The notes: generated from the letters alone by a model not told the origin. A stretch of 64,000 bases of DNA from Octopus vulgaris (GCA_951406725.2 OX597830.1:32178001-32242000); one strand, 5' to 3'. Shown: positions 12,641 to 26,460, counted from the first letter of the stretch. Made by a program: numbers and translations.

Positions 12641-12712
12641 CGGAGGAGAACTTTCTAGGTGCAATGCTATGGTTGTTCATGACCAAAGGTGGGTCTTCTC
12701 ATATATACATAC

Positions 12713-12750
<38 letters not shown>

Positions 12751-13424
12751 CTGTGTGTTTGTGTTTGTTCTCTTCAGTTTCGTTTTATACATGTGGGTCA
12801 CATTGCTTTCAAGCGTGATACAACGATAATTTTAGAAGAGTTAGGTCATATTTAAATTGTTCTCTTTTCTAGTCCTTTAGAAATGATCAGAATGTCTAAG
12901 CTGGCTATTTGCTATTTCTTCTTCTAAAGCTAGGGAAGATATCCAAATGTCATTATTTGCCCTGTTTTTCAATCAATTTTCATTAGTTCACTTAACTTCC
13001 AGTCGGTTGCATATAACTTTCGTCTTTCCCACCACTTCAGCCTCAGCTCTACCACCACCACCACCACCACCACCACTCCCTTATTCTCATCTTTATTATA
13101 GTCATCATTTCTTGTTTTCACTTTATTATTCCTTCAATGTAAACTGATATAAGTACAAATATACAAATATATACATACATACCTACATCCATGCATGTAT
13201 GCATACACACACACACACACACATACATATATTTACATATATACATGTATGTATGCATATATATATATATATGCATATATTCACACACACACACATATAT
13301 ATATACAAACATAATTTGCAATTTATCTATATAATAAATTTTATATGTATGTGCATGTATTTATGCATGTAGTTGTGTATGTTTGCAAGGCATTTGTTTA
13401 GTCTAATATATACATACATACATA

Positions 13425-13546
<122 letters not shown>

Positions 13547-13671
13547 CACACATGCACACATATTCAAGTGTATATCAACAAGAAAAATTACACATCCATC
13601 ATGCCCGCCCACACATACGCACACACGTACATACATATATATATATGTGTGTGTGTGTATATATACATATA

Positions 13672-13723
<52 letters not shown>

Positions 13724-13984
13724 TATATATATATAGATATCTATATATATATATACATACATACATATATTTATATATATATCACATGACCACTGACTTT
13801 CAGCATCTATAGCATGAACATCATCAAGCCATATACTATTACAAATACCAGCACCAAAACCACACCACCAATACCACCAAGCAGCTGCAGTCCAATTATA
13901 TATATATGTATATATATATATAAATATGTATGTATATGCATATATACATATATGTGTGTACATATTTACATATATATGTGTGTG

Positions 13985-14037
<53 letters not shown>

Positions 14038-14205
14038 GGCAAAATCTAAAATATATAAAACAAAAGAAAAAGTACATGACCACCACCAACGCCATCACTA
14101 CAAATGTCAAGACCATCAAGATTACCACTACTACCACCATCTCCACCGCTGCCACCAAGACCACCACTATCATCACAAAACACCGAATGATTTTCTACAG
14201 ACCCT

Positions 14206-14237
<32 letters not shown>

Positions 14238-14573
14238 TTCTTCTTCTTCTCCTTCTTCTTCTTCTTCTCCTCATCGTCTTTGCTCACCAGTTGGCCCCTC
14301 TAATCACGAAATGGCGTTTTGTCAATGAAGTTAATAATTTAACGTTATTTCTAGAGAATTCTGGCTCATGTCCAAAACAATTAAATACTGCATGTAAAAG
14401 GAAATGACTCAATTGGTTTTTCCTGAAGATTTCTTCCATCATTCTTTCACCAGCACCACCAACCACCACCACCACCACCATCACCATCACGTCAACTTCC
14501 ATGCCCCCACCTCTCTCTCTCTCTCTCTCTCATCTTTTCTCCGTATATTCTGTCTATCACTTTCTTAAGAAAA

Positions 14574-14574
<1 letters not shown>

Positions 14575-14606
<32 letters not shown>

Positions 14607-14706
14607 GCTGTTTGTTGTTGTTGTTATTATTGTATCATCTTCTTGCTCCATGCTGACCCAGTACTATCTTTTACTTTTTTTTATTTTCTTTTTATCATTA
14701 TTATTA

Positions 14707-14782
<76 letters not shown>

Positions 14783-14911
14783 TATTATTATCATTATCAT
14801 CATCAGCATCATCATCATCATCATCATTTATTATTATCATTATTATTATCATCATTATCATTATTATTATCATTATCATCATCATTATTATTATTACTAT
14901 TATTATTCTTA

Positions 14912-14962
<51 letters not shown>

Positions 14963-14970
14963 CATTATTC
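14575..14970. repeat. Compound (ATT)n/(ATC)n microsatellite
   Basis: Directly visible. Confidence 0.95.
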
Positions 14971-15730
14971 TTCCCTTATAAATTTTGAGTCCTTTATGTT
15001 TTATAAATTTAACTTCTATTTTTAGGGGAGGCCAATGTTATTCTCTTTCACTTTTACTTTTCATTGTGGGTTTGTTTTTTTTTTGTTGTTTTATATTTTT
15101 ATTCATCTACTTAATTGTTGCTTTGTTGTCTTTTTTTGTTTTTGTCATTAACACACAGTACCCCACCCCGTCATCCCACATTCTTCTTCTTCTTACCATT
15201 ATTTTTTCCTTTGTTTTTGTTTTGGGTGTTAGTTTTTTTTTGTTTTTAGTTTTTAGCATTACATTTTCCCTATTCCGTAGCTGAGGGATAATTCCTGACA
15301 TCTTTTAGAAGAGGTCACAGCAAAGATAGAACTTGTGGAAAAATATAAAGACAAAAATAAGATTTAAAAAAAAATTTCATATTCAATACCAACAGGATCA
15401 TCTTCATCCACAGCAGCAGTCATGGACCTTCAAGTTGCCCCTGCCCTCCGTTCAGTTACAACTACAGCATAATAAGCCACAGGGACCAGCTAACACCATC
15501 AGCAACTAATTTTTACAATTATAGCAACAACAACAACAACTGCAGGAACAATGTCATCTGACAAATAATGCACTATAACATTACAACATTAACGTGGTGC
15601 CAACAACAACAACAACAATAATAAAAATAACAAAATTACATCAACAAGAACAAAGTTAATAATAGTATTACAGCAACAGCAACAGGTGCTGTAAATCAAT
15701 ACATGTGTGTGTATGTGTGTGTGTATGTGT

Positions 15731-16437
15731 ATAGGCACAGGAGTGGCTGTGCGGTAAGAATTCTGCTTTCCATCCAAATGGTTCCAGGTTCAGTCCCACT
15801 GTGTGGCACCAGGGGCAAGTGTCTTCTACTATAGCCTCGGGCCAACTAAAGCCTTGCAGGTAGATTTGGTAGAAGGAAACTGAAAGAAGCCTGTCGTCTG
15901 TGTATGTGTGTGTGCGTATGTGTGTGTATAGGCACAGGAGTGATTGTGCGGTAAGAATTCTGCTTTCCACCCAAATGGTTCCAGGTTCAGTCCCACTGTG
16001 TGGCACAAGGGGCAAGTGTCTACTACTATAGGCTCGGGCCAACTAAAGCCTTGCGAGTAGATTTGGTAGAAAGAAACTGAAAGAAGCCCATCGTATATGT
16101 GTGTGTGTGTATAGGCACAGGAGTGGCTGTGTGGTAAGAATTCTGCTTTCCACCCAGGTTCAATCCCACCAGAGGCAAGTGTCTTCTACTATAGCCTCGG
16201 GCCAACTACAGCCTTGCAGGTAGATTTGGTAGAAGGAAACTGAAAGAAGCCTGTCGTATGTGTGTGTGTGTGTATGTGTGTGTGTGTGTATGTGTGTGTG
16301 TGTATGTGTGTGTGTGTGTGTGTGTAGGCACAGGAGTTGCTGTGCAGTAAGAATTCTGCTTTCCACCCGAATGGTTCCAGGTTCAGTCCCAGTGTGTGGC
16401 ACCAGGGGCAAGTGTCTTCCAATAAAACCTCGGGCCA
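15731..16437 (+). repeat. Four tandem copies of the SINE A 5' half (~180-215 bp unit)
   Basis: Units start taggcacaggagt at ~15731, 15928, 16111 and 16325, share the private variant gtaagaattctgctttcca, and are separated by (GT)n. Confidence 0.9.
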
Positions 16438-16453
16438 TCTACAACATAATGTT

Positions 16454-16830
16454 CATCATCATCATCATCATCATTTAGCGTCCGTTTTCCATGCTAGCAT
16501 GGGTTGGACGGTTCTACTGGGGTCTGTGAAGCCAGAAGGCTTCATCAGGCCCAGTCAAATCTGGCAGTGTTTCTACGGCTGGATGCCCTTCCTAACGCCA
16601 ACCACTCCGTGAGTGTAGTGGGTGCTTTTTACATGCCACCTGCACTGGTGCCAGACAGAGCTGGCAAACGGCCATGAACGGATGGTGCTTTTTATGTGCC
16701 ACCAGCACGAGGGCCAGGCGAGGCTGGCAACGGACACGAAACGGGGCGGTGCTGGCAACGGTCGCGAAACGGAAAGTTCTCTTACATGCCACCGGCACTG
16801 GTAACACATCTGCAATTTCCATTGATCGAT
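16454..16830 (-). mobile_element. RTE LINE 3' end
   Basis: (CAT)n tail followed by ccatgctagcatgggttggacgg...ggatgcccttcctaacgccaacc. Confidence 0.75.
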
Positions 16831-17487
16831 TTCCATTGATCGATTTCGATTTATTATTATTTTTTTTTTTTTTATCATCATTGTTAACACCAATACCACT
16901 TTTAACACCGGTCTCATAGGTTCACCAATATTCGTTAGGGACTATAATTATGCTGACTACTTTCATTTTCATAATGGTAAATAGGGTACAAATTTACCTG
17001 CTACATATTTCCATTAGATGCTGGAACCACAGAGTCTTACATAATACATCCGGTACTACAGCTGTGATATTGCAGTTGTTGTTGTTGATGTTTTTTGTGT
17101 TGATGCTGACTGAAACAGTTTTTTCTTTTTTTGTTCCTGTTAGCATTTTCATCGCTTTAGCCATTGTTGTTGCTTGTGCTATAAATTAGCCTTGATACAA
17201 ACAAGAAGGTTACAAATTAAAAGACTTAACCTGTCTCCCAGTACAACACCCATCACCTGCTCATCTCACTGCCACAGTTCTGAGAATAATCCAAGATCTT
17301 CATGGTCTGCTTCTTATTGCAGCAGCCCATAAATAATGGTTAATTCATTTCTTTCTTGTTCAAAAACACTCAAAGATCCTGCAAAGGTCACCTACACTAC
17401 TTCCTGCCTGCTCCTTCAGTTTGACCAAACCACAACAAAGCATTCCGATCATATTCATTATTACTGCTGTTGTTATCATCATCATCA

Positions 17488-17531
<44 letters not shown>

Positions 17532-17577
17532 AAAGAAATCATCGTCATCATCATCATCATCATCATCATCATTATTA

Positions 17578-17790
17578 AGGTGGTAAGCTGGCAGAATTGT
17601 TAGCTTGCCAGACAAGATGCTTGGTGGCATTTTGTTTGTCAGTATGTTCTGAGTTGAAATTCCACCATGATTGACTTTGCTTTTCTTTCTTTTGGAAGTC
17701 AATAAAAGGAATATTTGTCGAGTACTGGAGTTGACATTATTTGACTTATCCTCTTCTGCAAAATTTCAGGTCTTGTGCCTATAGCAGAAG
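17578..17790 (+). mobile_element. SINE family B, diverged
   Basis: ggtggtaagctggcagaattgttagc...ctgagttgaaattccacc. Confidence 0.8.
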
Positions 17791-17812
17791 AGATCATCGT
17801 CATTGTCGTCGC

Positions 17813-17849
<37 letters not shown>

Positions 17850-17862
17850 GTCATCATCATCG

Positions 17863-17903
<41 letters not shown>

Positions 17904-17943
17904 GTCGTCGTCATCGTCATCATTATTATTATTATTACTAAAA

Positions 17944-18155
17944 CAGCGAGCTGGCAGAATCCTTAGTGTGCTTGATGAAATGCTCAGCAGTATTTTGCTC
18001 ATTGCTACATTCTGAGTTCATATTCAGCTGAGGTCGACTTTGCCGCTCATCCTTTTGGGGACCATAAATTAAGTACCAATTGAGCACTTGGGTTGATGAA
18101 ATCAACTAGTTCCCTCCCCACAAATGTCAGGCCTTGTGCCTTTAGCAGAAAGGAA
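17944..18155 (+). mobile_element. SINE family B
   Basis: gcgagctggcagaatccttag...gaggtcgactttgcc...ggccttgtgcct. Confidence 0.8.
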
Positions 18156-18189
18156 CACTATTATTGTTGTTATTATTATTATTATTATT

Positions 18190-18297
18190 GATTAGAGCAG
18201 TTCATGCCATCAAAGTGATTACTTAAAATATTAAGCCCAATATACCCATCATGACTACCCATCTGATAAGGTACACCAGACACATGCATCAACCATA

Positions 18298-18300
<3 letters not shown>
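18190..18300 (-). mobile_element. Retroposon 3' end with (AAT)n tail (family E)
   Basis: catgccatcaaagtga...cccatcatgactaccc..ctgataagg is shared with 62476-62670. Confidence 0.65.
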
Positions 18301-18367
<67 letters not shown>

Positions 18368-18440
18368 TATTACTATTATTATTATTACTATTATTATTTT
18401 ATCATCATCATTATTTATTATTATTATTATTATTATTATC

Positions 18441-18527
<87 letters not shown>

Positions 18528-18605
18528 GTAATTATTACTATTATTATTATTACTATTATTATTTTATCATCATCATTAATATTATTATTATTATTATTAT
18601 TATTC
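18300..18605. repeat. (ATT)n microsatellite, probably the tail of the adjacent LINE end
   Basis: Directly visible. Confidence 0.95.
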
Positions 18606-18892
18606 AGTAGTTTTATTTTTATAGCGTGCTTTCACTTCACTACCGAGCGCAGCTCTGTGTGCCTTGGGTATGTGCTTTGATTTGTTGTGATGCTCTGATG
18701 GTTATTGTATGGAAAGTGTTCTGCGTAGGATGTGTGCAGTGCCTAGTAGTGCAATTTTCTGTATGTTATATGTGTTTGTAAGTCCTGGTGTTTTTGTTAT
18801 GTATTTGTCTGAATATTTTTTTATCATGCCTAATGCACCTACTATAATAGGAATTGTTTCTGTTTTCAGATTCCACATTCTAGTTACCTCTA
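18606..18892 (-). pseudogene. R4/Dong-like LINE extreme 3' end (RLE C-terminus plus 3' UTR)
   Basis: IEVTRMWNLKTETIPIIVGALGMIKK...IQKIALLGTAHILRRTLSIQ* is the typical C-terminus; it is followed by a UTR and an (AAT)n tail. Confidence 0.85.
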
Positions 18893-18926
<34 letters not shown>

Positions 18927-19354
18927 GTTGTGATGGTACGAAGTCGGTTTACTTTTCACTACTTTGTCGTTGAAAATTACATTTTCTTATCGAATGTGAT
19001 GTAGAGAATGTTTTCATTCTATCTCTTGCAGATCAAGGGACAGAGATAATTAAAAGCAAGTGATAGTTGAAATGTGAAGCAAAGTAAGAAATTAAAAACT
19101 AATTAGAGAGGTAGAAATTTACAAAAGAGTAAATTGATTTCAAGAGGATCACAAGAGGAAAGGATTAGGGCACATGGCACACAATGGGACAGTGTTAATC
19201 ATACTAAGTAATAATAATAGGAGTGGCGGTAGTGGCGGTGGTGGTGGTGGCAGTGGTGGCGGCGGCAGCGGCAGTGGTTGTGGTGGTGGCAGCAGTGTTG
19301 GTGGTGGTGATAGTGGTTGTGGTGGAGGTGGAGGTGGTGGTGTTGTACATGGTG

Positions 19355-19710
19355 GCATATGTTGGACGGTTTAACCAGGGCTGACAAGTTGGAAGACTGC
19401 ACCAGGCTCAAGTCTGATTTGGCATGGTTTTTCCACAGCTGGATGCCCTTCCTAATGCCAACATCTCCAAGTGTGTAATGGACGTCTTTACGTGACATCA
19501 GTATCAGCCATGACTATGATTTCACTTGGTTTGACAGGTTTTCTCAAGCACAGCATATTACCAAAGGTATATATATATATATATATGCATACATATTTAT
19601 TCTTCCAGGAATTTGTGTAATGGATGTCTTTACGTGACATCAGCATTAGCCATGACTACAATTTCACTTGGTTTGACAGGTTTTCTCAAGCACAGCATAT
19701 TACCAAAGGT
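19355..19710 (-). mobile_element. RTE 3' UTR fragment with a 140-bp-period tandem duplication
   Basis: Contains ggatgcccttcctaatgccaac; the block gtaatgga.gtctttacgtgacatcag...accaaaggt(at)n occurs at ~19475 and ~19617 and its reverse complement matches 31800-31860. Confidence 0.75.
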
Positions 19711-19837
19711 ATATATATATATATAAACTGAACTCTGTACCTCTCAAATTCCAGCGGAGCACTCTGTACCATTACAGTAAAGGCCCACTGACAGAACAGT
19801 CAATTATATTGACCCTAATATGTGACCCTAAAACAGT

Positions 19838-20068
19838 TTAACCCTTTTGCATTTAAAGCAGCCAAACTTGACCCTAATATTTTACCTGTTTTATGTTCAA
19901 ATTGTATTAGGCCATATCCAGCCTCTCACACTTGCCTTACAATGTCATTCTAAAAATAAACAATCACATCTTTGAAATCTCCAAGCTAAGAGATAATACA
20001 GTTTGAATTTTTTAAAATGCAAATAAATAAGCATATTTGACAGAGTAATCTGAATAGCATAGGGTTAA
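19838..20068. mobile_element. piggyBac-type non-autonomous MITE
   Basis: TTAA-CCCTTTTGCATT ... AATAGCATAGGG-TTAA: TTAA target site and CCC/GGG termini. A partial second copy lies at 22647-22731. Confidence 0.75.
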
Positions 20069-20895
20069 AGCAAAATTTACCTCAATGTGTTTTAACAGCA
20101 CAAAACCTGGGGTGGGAGATATCTCAAAATCCACCATTTTTTTTTATGCTCTACCAATTTTGTCTCCCCAATTATAAAAAGAAAATACTCTTTGACACCA
20201 AGAAACACCAATGGTTGTAATCTTCTTGGAATTAGGAGAAAAGATAGAAGATACGAAACTGGAATTTGAGAAAACAACATCTACATACTCACAAAAACAG
20301 GATAAAATATAAATTAGTGAGATATATCAGTTAATTTGTGCAATAGTCCATGGAATAACCGAAGAAGATGATAGAAATAACAGAAGAATAGATTAGATCC
20401 ATTCTGGAGAGAGGAAAAAATATATAAACACATTGACAAAGAAAATAAATTCAAATTGAAATGGCAAAAATATTAGCAAAATGAAAAAAAATGTAAAAAG
20501 AAACTGGCAAAATTGGACATTATCTTAAATATACAAAAGAAAATCTTATTTACTCAGTAAAAGCTAAAAACTCCCCAAAATAAATAGACTGGGGTGAAAG
20601 GGTATAACAAGTGATGCGAAACGAAATAGTTCAAGATGATAAACAAAGAGACTATTCAGTGATTTAAGTAAATAAGACAGAGAATGAAAAGAAAAAGAGA
20701 GAGAAAGAGAAAAAAACAGCAGTAAAAAAAAATAGATGAAAATAAGACAATGGAAAAATTCTTCTGAAAGAAATAACAATAATAAATTTTTTTTCAAAAA
20801 ATGACTGAGAACTTGGAATATTAGAAATTTGGATTTGTTTACCCGAACTAGGTGCTGTCGTTTTAATAATGGGTTTTAATTTAGGGACCAGACAT

Positions 20896-21268
20896 AAGGG
20901 TGATAAGCTGGTAGAATTGTTAGCATCCTGGACAAAAAAGCTTGGCAGTATTTCACTCTTTTACTTGTTTCTTTGTAAGCCATTTGACTGTGGCCATGCT
21001 GGAGCACCACCTTTAGTCGAGCAAATTGACCCCAGGACTTATTTTTTGTAAGCCTAGTACTTATTCTATCAGTCTCTTTTGCCGAACTGCTAAGTTACTG
21101 GGACATAAACACACCAGCATTGGTTGTCAAGCGATGTTGGGGGGACAAAAACAGACACACAAACACACACACATACACACACACACACACACACACATAC
21201 ACACACACACACACACACACATACACACAAACACACACACATACACACAAACACACACACACACACAT

Positions 21269-21305
<37 letters not shown>

Positions 21306-21630
21306 CGATAGGCTTTTTTGAGTTTCCATCTACCAAATCCACTCACAAGGCTTTGGTCGGCCCAAGGCTATAGTAGAAGACACTTGCCCAAGGTGCCACG
21401 CAGTGGGACTGAAACCGGAACCATGTGGTTCGTATGCAAGCTACTTACCATACAGCCACTCCTACAACTATTTTGTCAATCTTTGTGTTCTGAGCTCAAA
21501 TACTTTTGGGGTTGATTTTAGTTTTCATCCTTCCAGGGTCAATAAAATAAGTACCAGCTGAGAACTGGGGTCAATATCATCAATTTAACCCCTTTCTCCG
21601 AAACTGCTAGCCTTGTGCCAAGATTTGAAA
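20896..21630 (+). mobile_element. SINE family B interrupted by a SINE A insertion
   Basis: The 5' part (20896-20954) and 3' part (21469-21630) join into a continuous B element; tattt(c/t) is duplicated at both junctions. Confidence 0.8.
20956..21466 (-). mobile_element. SINE family A, full length
   Basis: Reverse complement of the A consensus. Confidence 0.9.
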
Positions 21631-21889
21631 TTGATTTCGTAAAAGGGCTAGTATTTTTGTTGGGGAATGTTAGTGAATTAGACCAACATCAGTACTTAGC
21701 TGATAATTCATTTTATCGGTCCCTAGAGGAATGAAAAGCAAAGTTGGCCCCCAGCAATATTCAAACACACAATCACAACAAACTGAAGAAAAGCAGTGAA
21801 ACATTTTTACTGATGCTCTAAAATTTCACCAACTCAGCAGCTTTGCTGTTATTTTGGTTCCAAATTTTTGTCCCATGACCACCAATTGT

Positions 21890-22070
21890 GAGGAGTGGGA
21901 AAGTTGATTACGTCAATCCAAGTGCTCATTTGGTACTTATTTTATCAACTCCCAAAAGGATGAAAGGCAAAGTTGACCTTGGCAGAATTTGAACTGAGAA
22001 CATAAAGGTGGAAAAAATGCCGCTATGCATTTTGCCTGATGTGCTAACGACTCTACCAAGCTCACCACTT
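21890..22070 (-). mobile_element. SINE family B
   Basis: aaaggatgaaaggcaaagttgaccttggcagaatttgaactgagaac. Confidence 0.8.
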
Positions 22071-22208
22071 TACTGTCACCTTAATAACTGTTTGTACTTT
22101 TGGACACAAGGTGAGTTATTTTGAGAGGAAGGGTGTAAGTCAAAACCGTCAACTATAGTATTTAGTTGGTTCTTTATTTTAAAGTCCTAACAAAATTGAA
22201 AAACGAAG

Positions 22209-22383
22209 ATAAGGTGTAGGAATGGCTGTGTGGTAAGTAGCTTGCTTACCAACCACATGGTTCTGGGTTTAGTCCCACTGTGTGGCACCTTGAGCAATTG
22301 TCTTCTACTATAGCCTCGGCCCGACCAAAGCCTTGTGAGTGGATTTGGTGGACGGAAACTGAAAGAAGCCTGTTGTATATATG

Positions 22384-22437
<54 letters not shown>

Positions 22438-22646
22438 TGTGTCTGTGTTTGTCCCCCAACATCACTTGACAACCGATGCTGGTGTGTTTACATCCCCATA
22501 ACTTAGCAGTTCAGCAAACAAGACCAATAGAATAAGTACTAGGCTTGCAAAATATAAGTCCTGGGGTCAATTTGCTCGACTAAAGGCGGTGCTTCAGTAT
22601 GGCCACAGTCAAATGACTGAAACAAGTAAAAGAGTATAAAAGAGTA
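22209..22646 (+). mobile_element. SINE family A, full length
   Basis: Collinear with the other A copies. Confidence 0.9.
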
Positions 22647-22812
22647 TACGAGATAATACAGTATTAATTCAAAATGGTGTGAATAAATAGAGATTATATT
22701 TGACAAAATAATGTGAATGCTAAGGGGTTAAATAATAATTTCAGAAGGGATGAGTCAATTACATCGACCCCAGTGCATAACTAGTACATATTTTATTGAC
22801 TCCCAGAAAGAT

Positions 22813-23197
22813 GGAGTGGCTGTGTGGCAAGTAACTTGCCTACCAACCACATGGCTCCAGGTTCAGTCCCACTGCATGACACCTTGGGTAAGTGTCTTCT
22901 ACTATAGCCTCGGGCTGACCAAAGCCTTGTGAGTGGATTTGGTAGACAGATACTGAAAGAAGCCTGTCGTATATACGTATATATATGTGTGTGTGTTTGT
23001 GTGTCTATGTTTGTCCCCCCGACATCGCTTGACAACCAATGCTGGTGTGCTTACGTCCCCGTAACTTAGCGGTTCGGCAAAAGAACTGATAGAGTAAGTA
23101 CTATGCTTACAAAGAATAAGTCCTGGTGTCAGTTTCCTCAACTAAATGCGGTGCTCCAGCATGGCTGCAGTCAAATGACTGAAACAAGTAAAAGAGT
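22813..23197 (+). mobile_element. SINE family A, full length
   Basis: Collinear with the other A copies; flanked by minus-strand SINE B remnants. Confidence 0.9.
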
Positions 23198-23761
23198 ATT
23201 TGACTGGTCCTTTATTTTATTAAGCCTGGAAGGATAAAAAACAAAATTAACTTTGGTAGGGTTTGAACCCAGAAACGTAACTAATCATATTAATTAGTGG
23301 TGTGGTGTAGTAGAGCTTTTAGTTTATACTAGCATAACAATTATGAACTCAAGAAGATCTTTCAGGCTTTTTGGGTGCAATCAGTAACAGGGTCACTTGG
23401 AATGTGGTAAGCTGAGGTTCCATGTTCTGTGAGAGTGCCTTTTCATTTTATTTCTGTCTTCAATTAATGCTTGCAAATGTCTTAAATCAGTTATATCTAA
23501 AACCTTAGCTGTTAATTCATAATTAACGAAGCATTCGCATATCTGTCTACCCATCTCACTCTCTCTCTATATATGTGTGCGTATGTGTGTGAGTGGGTGT
23601 TTGTGTGTTTGTGCATGTGTACATATGAGTGTGTATGTACAAATATATATGTATATGTGTACATACTAACATACACACATATATATACACAGTGAGATTA
23701 ATATATGTGTGTGTTTGTGTTATAGTCACTGCCATCACCACTATCATCACAACCACTAGCA

Positions 23762-23817
<56 letters not shown>

Positions 23818-24157
23818 CATAATTGGTTTTATAATGTCGATAAAGAAACTCAACTCCACTTTCAGCTGTCTCTGTATGTATGGATTATATATGTTGTACT
23901 GTGTATGTTATATATTTGTATCATTATTTCTATGTCTTCTAATACATTTTACTGCATTAATAATGAATTAGCTATTCAATACTAATCACAAATTCATATA
24001 TATATATACATATGTATGTATGTATATATATATATGCATGTATACACACACTTGCATACATATATATGCATATTTGTTGCTGTTGGTTGTCTTGTCTTTC
24101 TTATATTTCACCCTCCCCTTGTTCTTTATCATTTCTTTCCATTATTTTTCTCTGTAT

Positions 24158-24285
24158 TGCTGTGTGGTAAGAAGCTTGCTTCCCAATCACATGATTTTGC
24201 ATTCAGATCCTTCTATGATGGCCCTGGACTGACCAAGACTTTGTGAGTGGATTTGGTAGACAGAAACTTAAAGAAGCCCATCCTA
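24158..24285 (+). mobile_element. SINE family A 5' fragment, diverged
   Basis: gctgtgtggtaagaagcttgc...gtgagtggatttggtagac...aaagaagccc. Confidence 0.7.
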
Positions 24286-25194
24286 TAAATATATATATAT
24301 ATATATATATCAAAAGGATTATTATAATACTATTCCACAGCCATACCAACAATCTAACATCAGCTACCTCACAGATATCATTATGGTTTCGACACCTGGA
24401 CAGTGCCACTCAATCCAGCAGTGTCAACAGCACTAAAATAAGTGTTATTTGGGAACAAACAAACCAAAGAAACCACAAATTTCAAACACATTTACCCAAT
24501 GTACAACCATATCGATCAATACATTCAATAAGTAAATTACAACCACTCTTAAATAAGTAACTAAACAGCGACAACTCTATTAAGCCGTACAAAAATTATA
24601 ATCCCTACCACCTTCCGTAGTGTAATATAAAAGAAAAAGCTTAATAACCACATTATTTCAATTAATCAATATATAGCCAGGATTAAACACTAACTTTACT
24701 AAAACTACAAGAGACATATAAACCCATGTACATTCTATCGGTATTAATAGTAAACTGCAATAACTAAATTAAATGCTAAATTGTGATCAATATATATATA
24801 TATAAATATATATATATTATGTGCTTTGTAACAGCACTGGAGCATTTTAGCTCCTATTTCTAGCAATGTAGGTGTTATTCACATCCTTAGTCAAGTTTAG
24901 TTGACGAATATAATTTTTCTTTATGGTATAACCTTGCAAACAGCTGTTTTTATTAACTTTTTTGTATACACATTAGCAACCTGTTAAATCATCCACAGAT
25001 TTTTATAGTGAATGTACATACTCTGATGGGTGAGGTAGTCCTGAATCAACCTAATGAGCTGGTCTTACTGATGATGACTGTGGAAATAGCTGAAACTGGC
25101 TGGTCAGTCTAAGGAATTCTCAGTTCAGTGTTTGGGGCAATTACAGAACCTATCAGAGCATACATTATATATTTTATAACAGTATTGGAGCATT

Positions 25195-25226
<32 letters not shown>

Positions 25227-25714
25227 TGTATGTATGTATGTATGTATGTATGTATGTATGTATGTATGTATGTATGTATGCATGCATGCATGCATGCATG
25301 CCAAAAAAGCAGACTGATGAGGTGCAATGCATGATTGAATGTCTCTACTTTGTAATAATTTTGGTATTTTGGTGAAACATGTGTATGTCCTATAAATCTT
25401 TCAATACAACACCTCTTTTTTCCTAATCCTTCTTTTGTCTCCCCACCCTCTCCCTCTCTCTCTGTTTTGTGTTTGTCTCTCACCACAATTTCACAACTGG
25501 GATTGGTTTGTTTACATTATAAAATATTTTTCAACAAAAAGAGACTGCTAGAATAAAGACTTTAAAGAACTTGGTTTGACCAATATCTTGAAAGAGAGAT
25601 TTGATACATATGTACATAGGCTTGAAACATGAAAGACTTCTCCAAATTTTCTTGAACATAACACACCCAACTTATTTTACCTCAAATTCCTGTAATTTAA
25701 AAAAACATTTTGTA

Positions 25715-25950
25715 TCGTATATGTATGTCTGTGTGTGTGTCTTTGTGTTTGTGTTTCTCCCCCACCATCGTTCAACAACTGGTGTTGGTGTGTTTACATC
25801 TGATTAACTTAGCAGTTCAGCAAAAGTGACTGATGGAATATGTACCAGCCTTAACAAAAGAAATGTATTGAGGTTGATTCATTGGACAAAAAATTTTCCA
25901 AGACAGTGCCCCAGTTTGGCCTTTGTCTAATCACTGAAACAAATGAAAAA
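25715..25950 (+). mobile_element. SINE family A 3' half, old and diverged
   Basis: gtgttggtgtgtttacatc..taacttagcagttcagcaaaag...actgaaacaa. Confidence 0.7.
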
Positions 25951-26051
25951 AAAATTTAAATAGAAGACATGGAATGCCACTAGGTGTATCATTTTCACTC
26001 AGAGAAACATTTCAAACAGACTTGTATGTTAAAAAGTACAGAGATCTTCGC

Positions 26052-26352
<301 letters not shown>

Positions 26353-26460
26353 TTAGACAAGTGGTGTAAGAGGAGGAAAAGTTATCAAGCAGCAATCAAA
26401 ACTGCATCAAAGACAAGGTCTCCTCCCAGTAGTACTATGAAGAACTTGTATAATCTATAC

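Noticed and set aside
15731-16437. CRISPR-like repeat-spacer array
   Set aside because: The units are ~200-bp SINE halves separated by microsatellites in eukaryotic DNA, and there are no cas genes.
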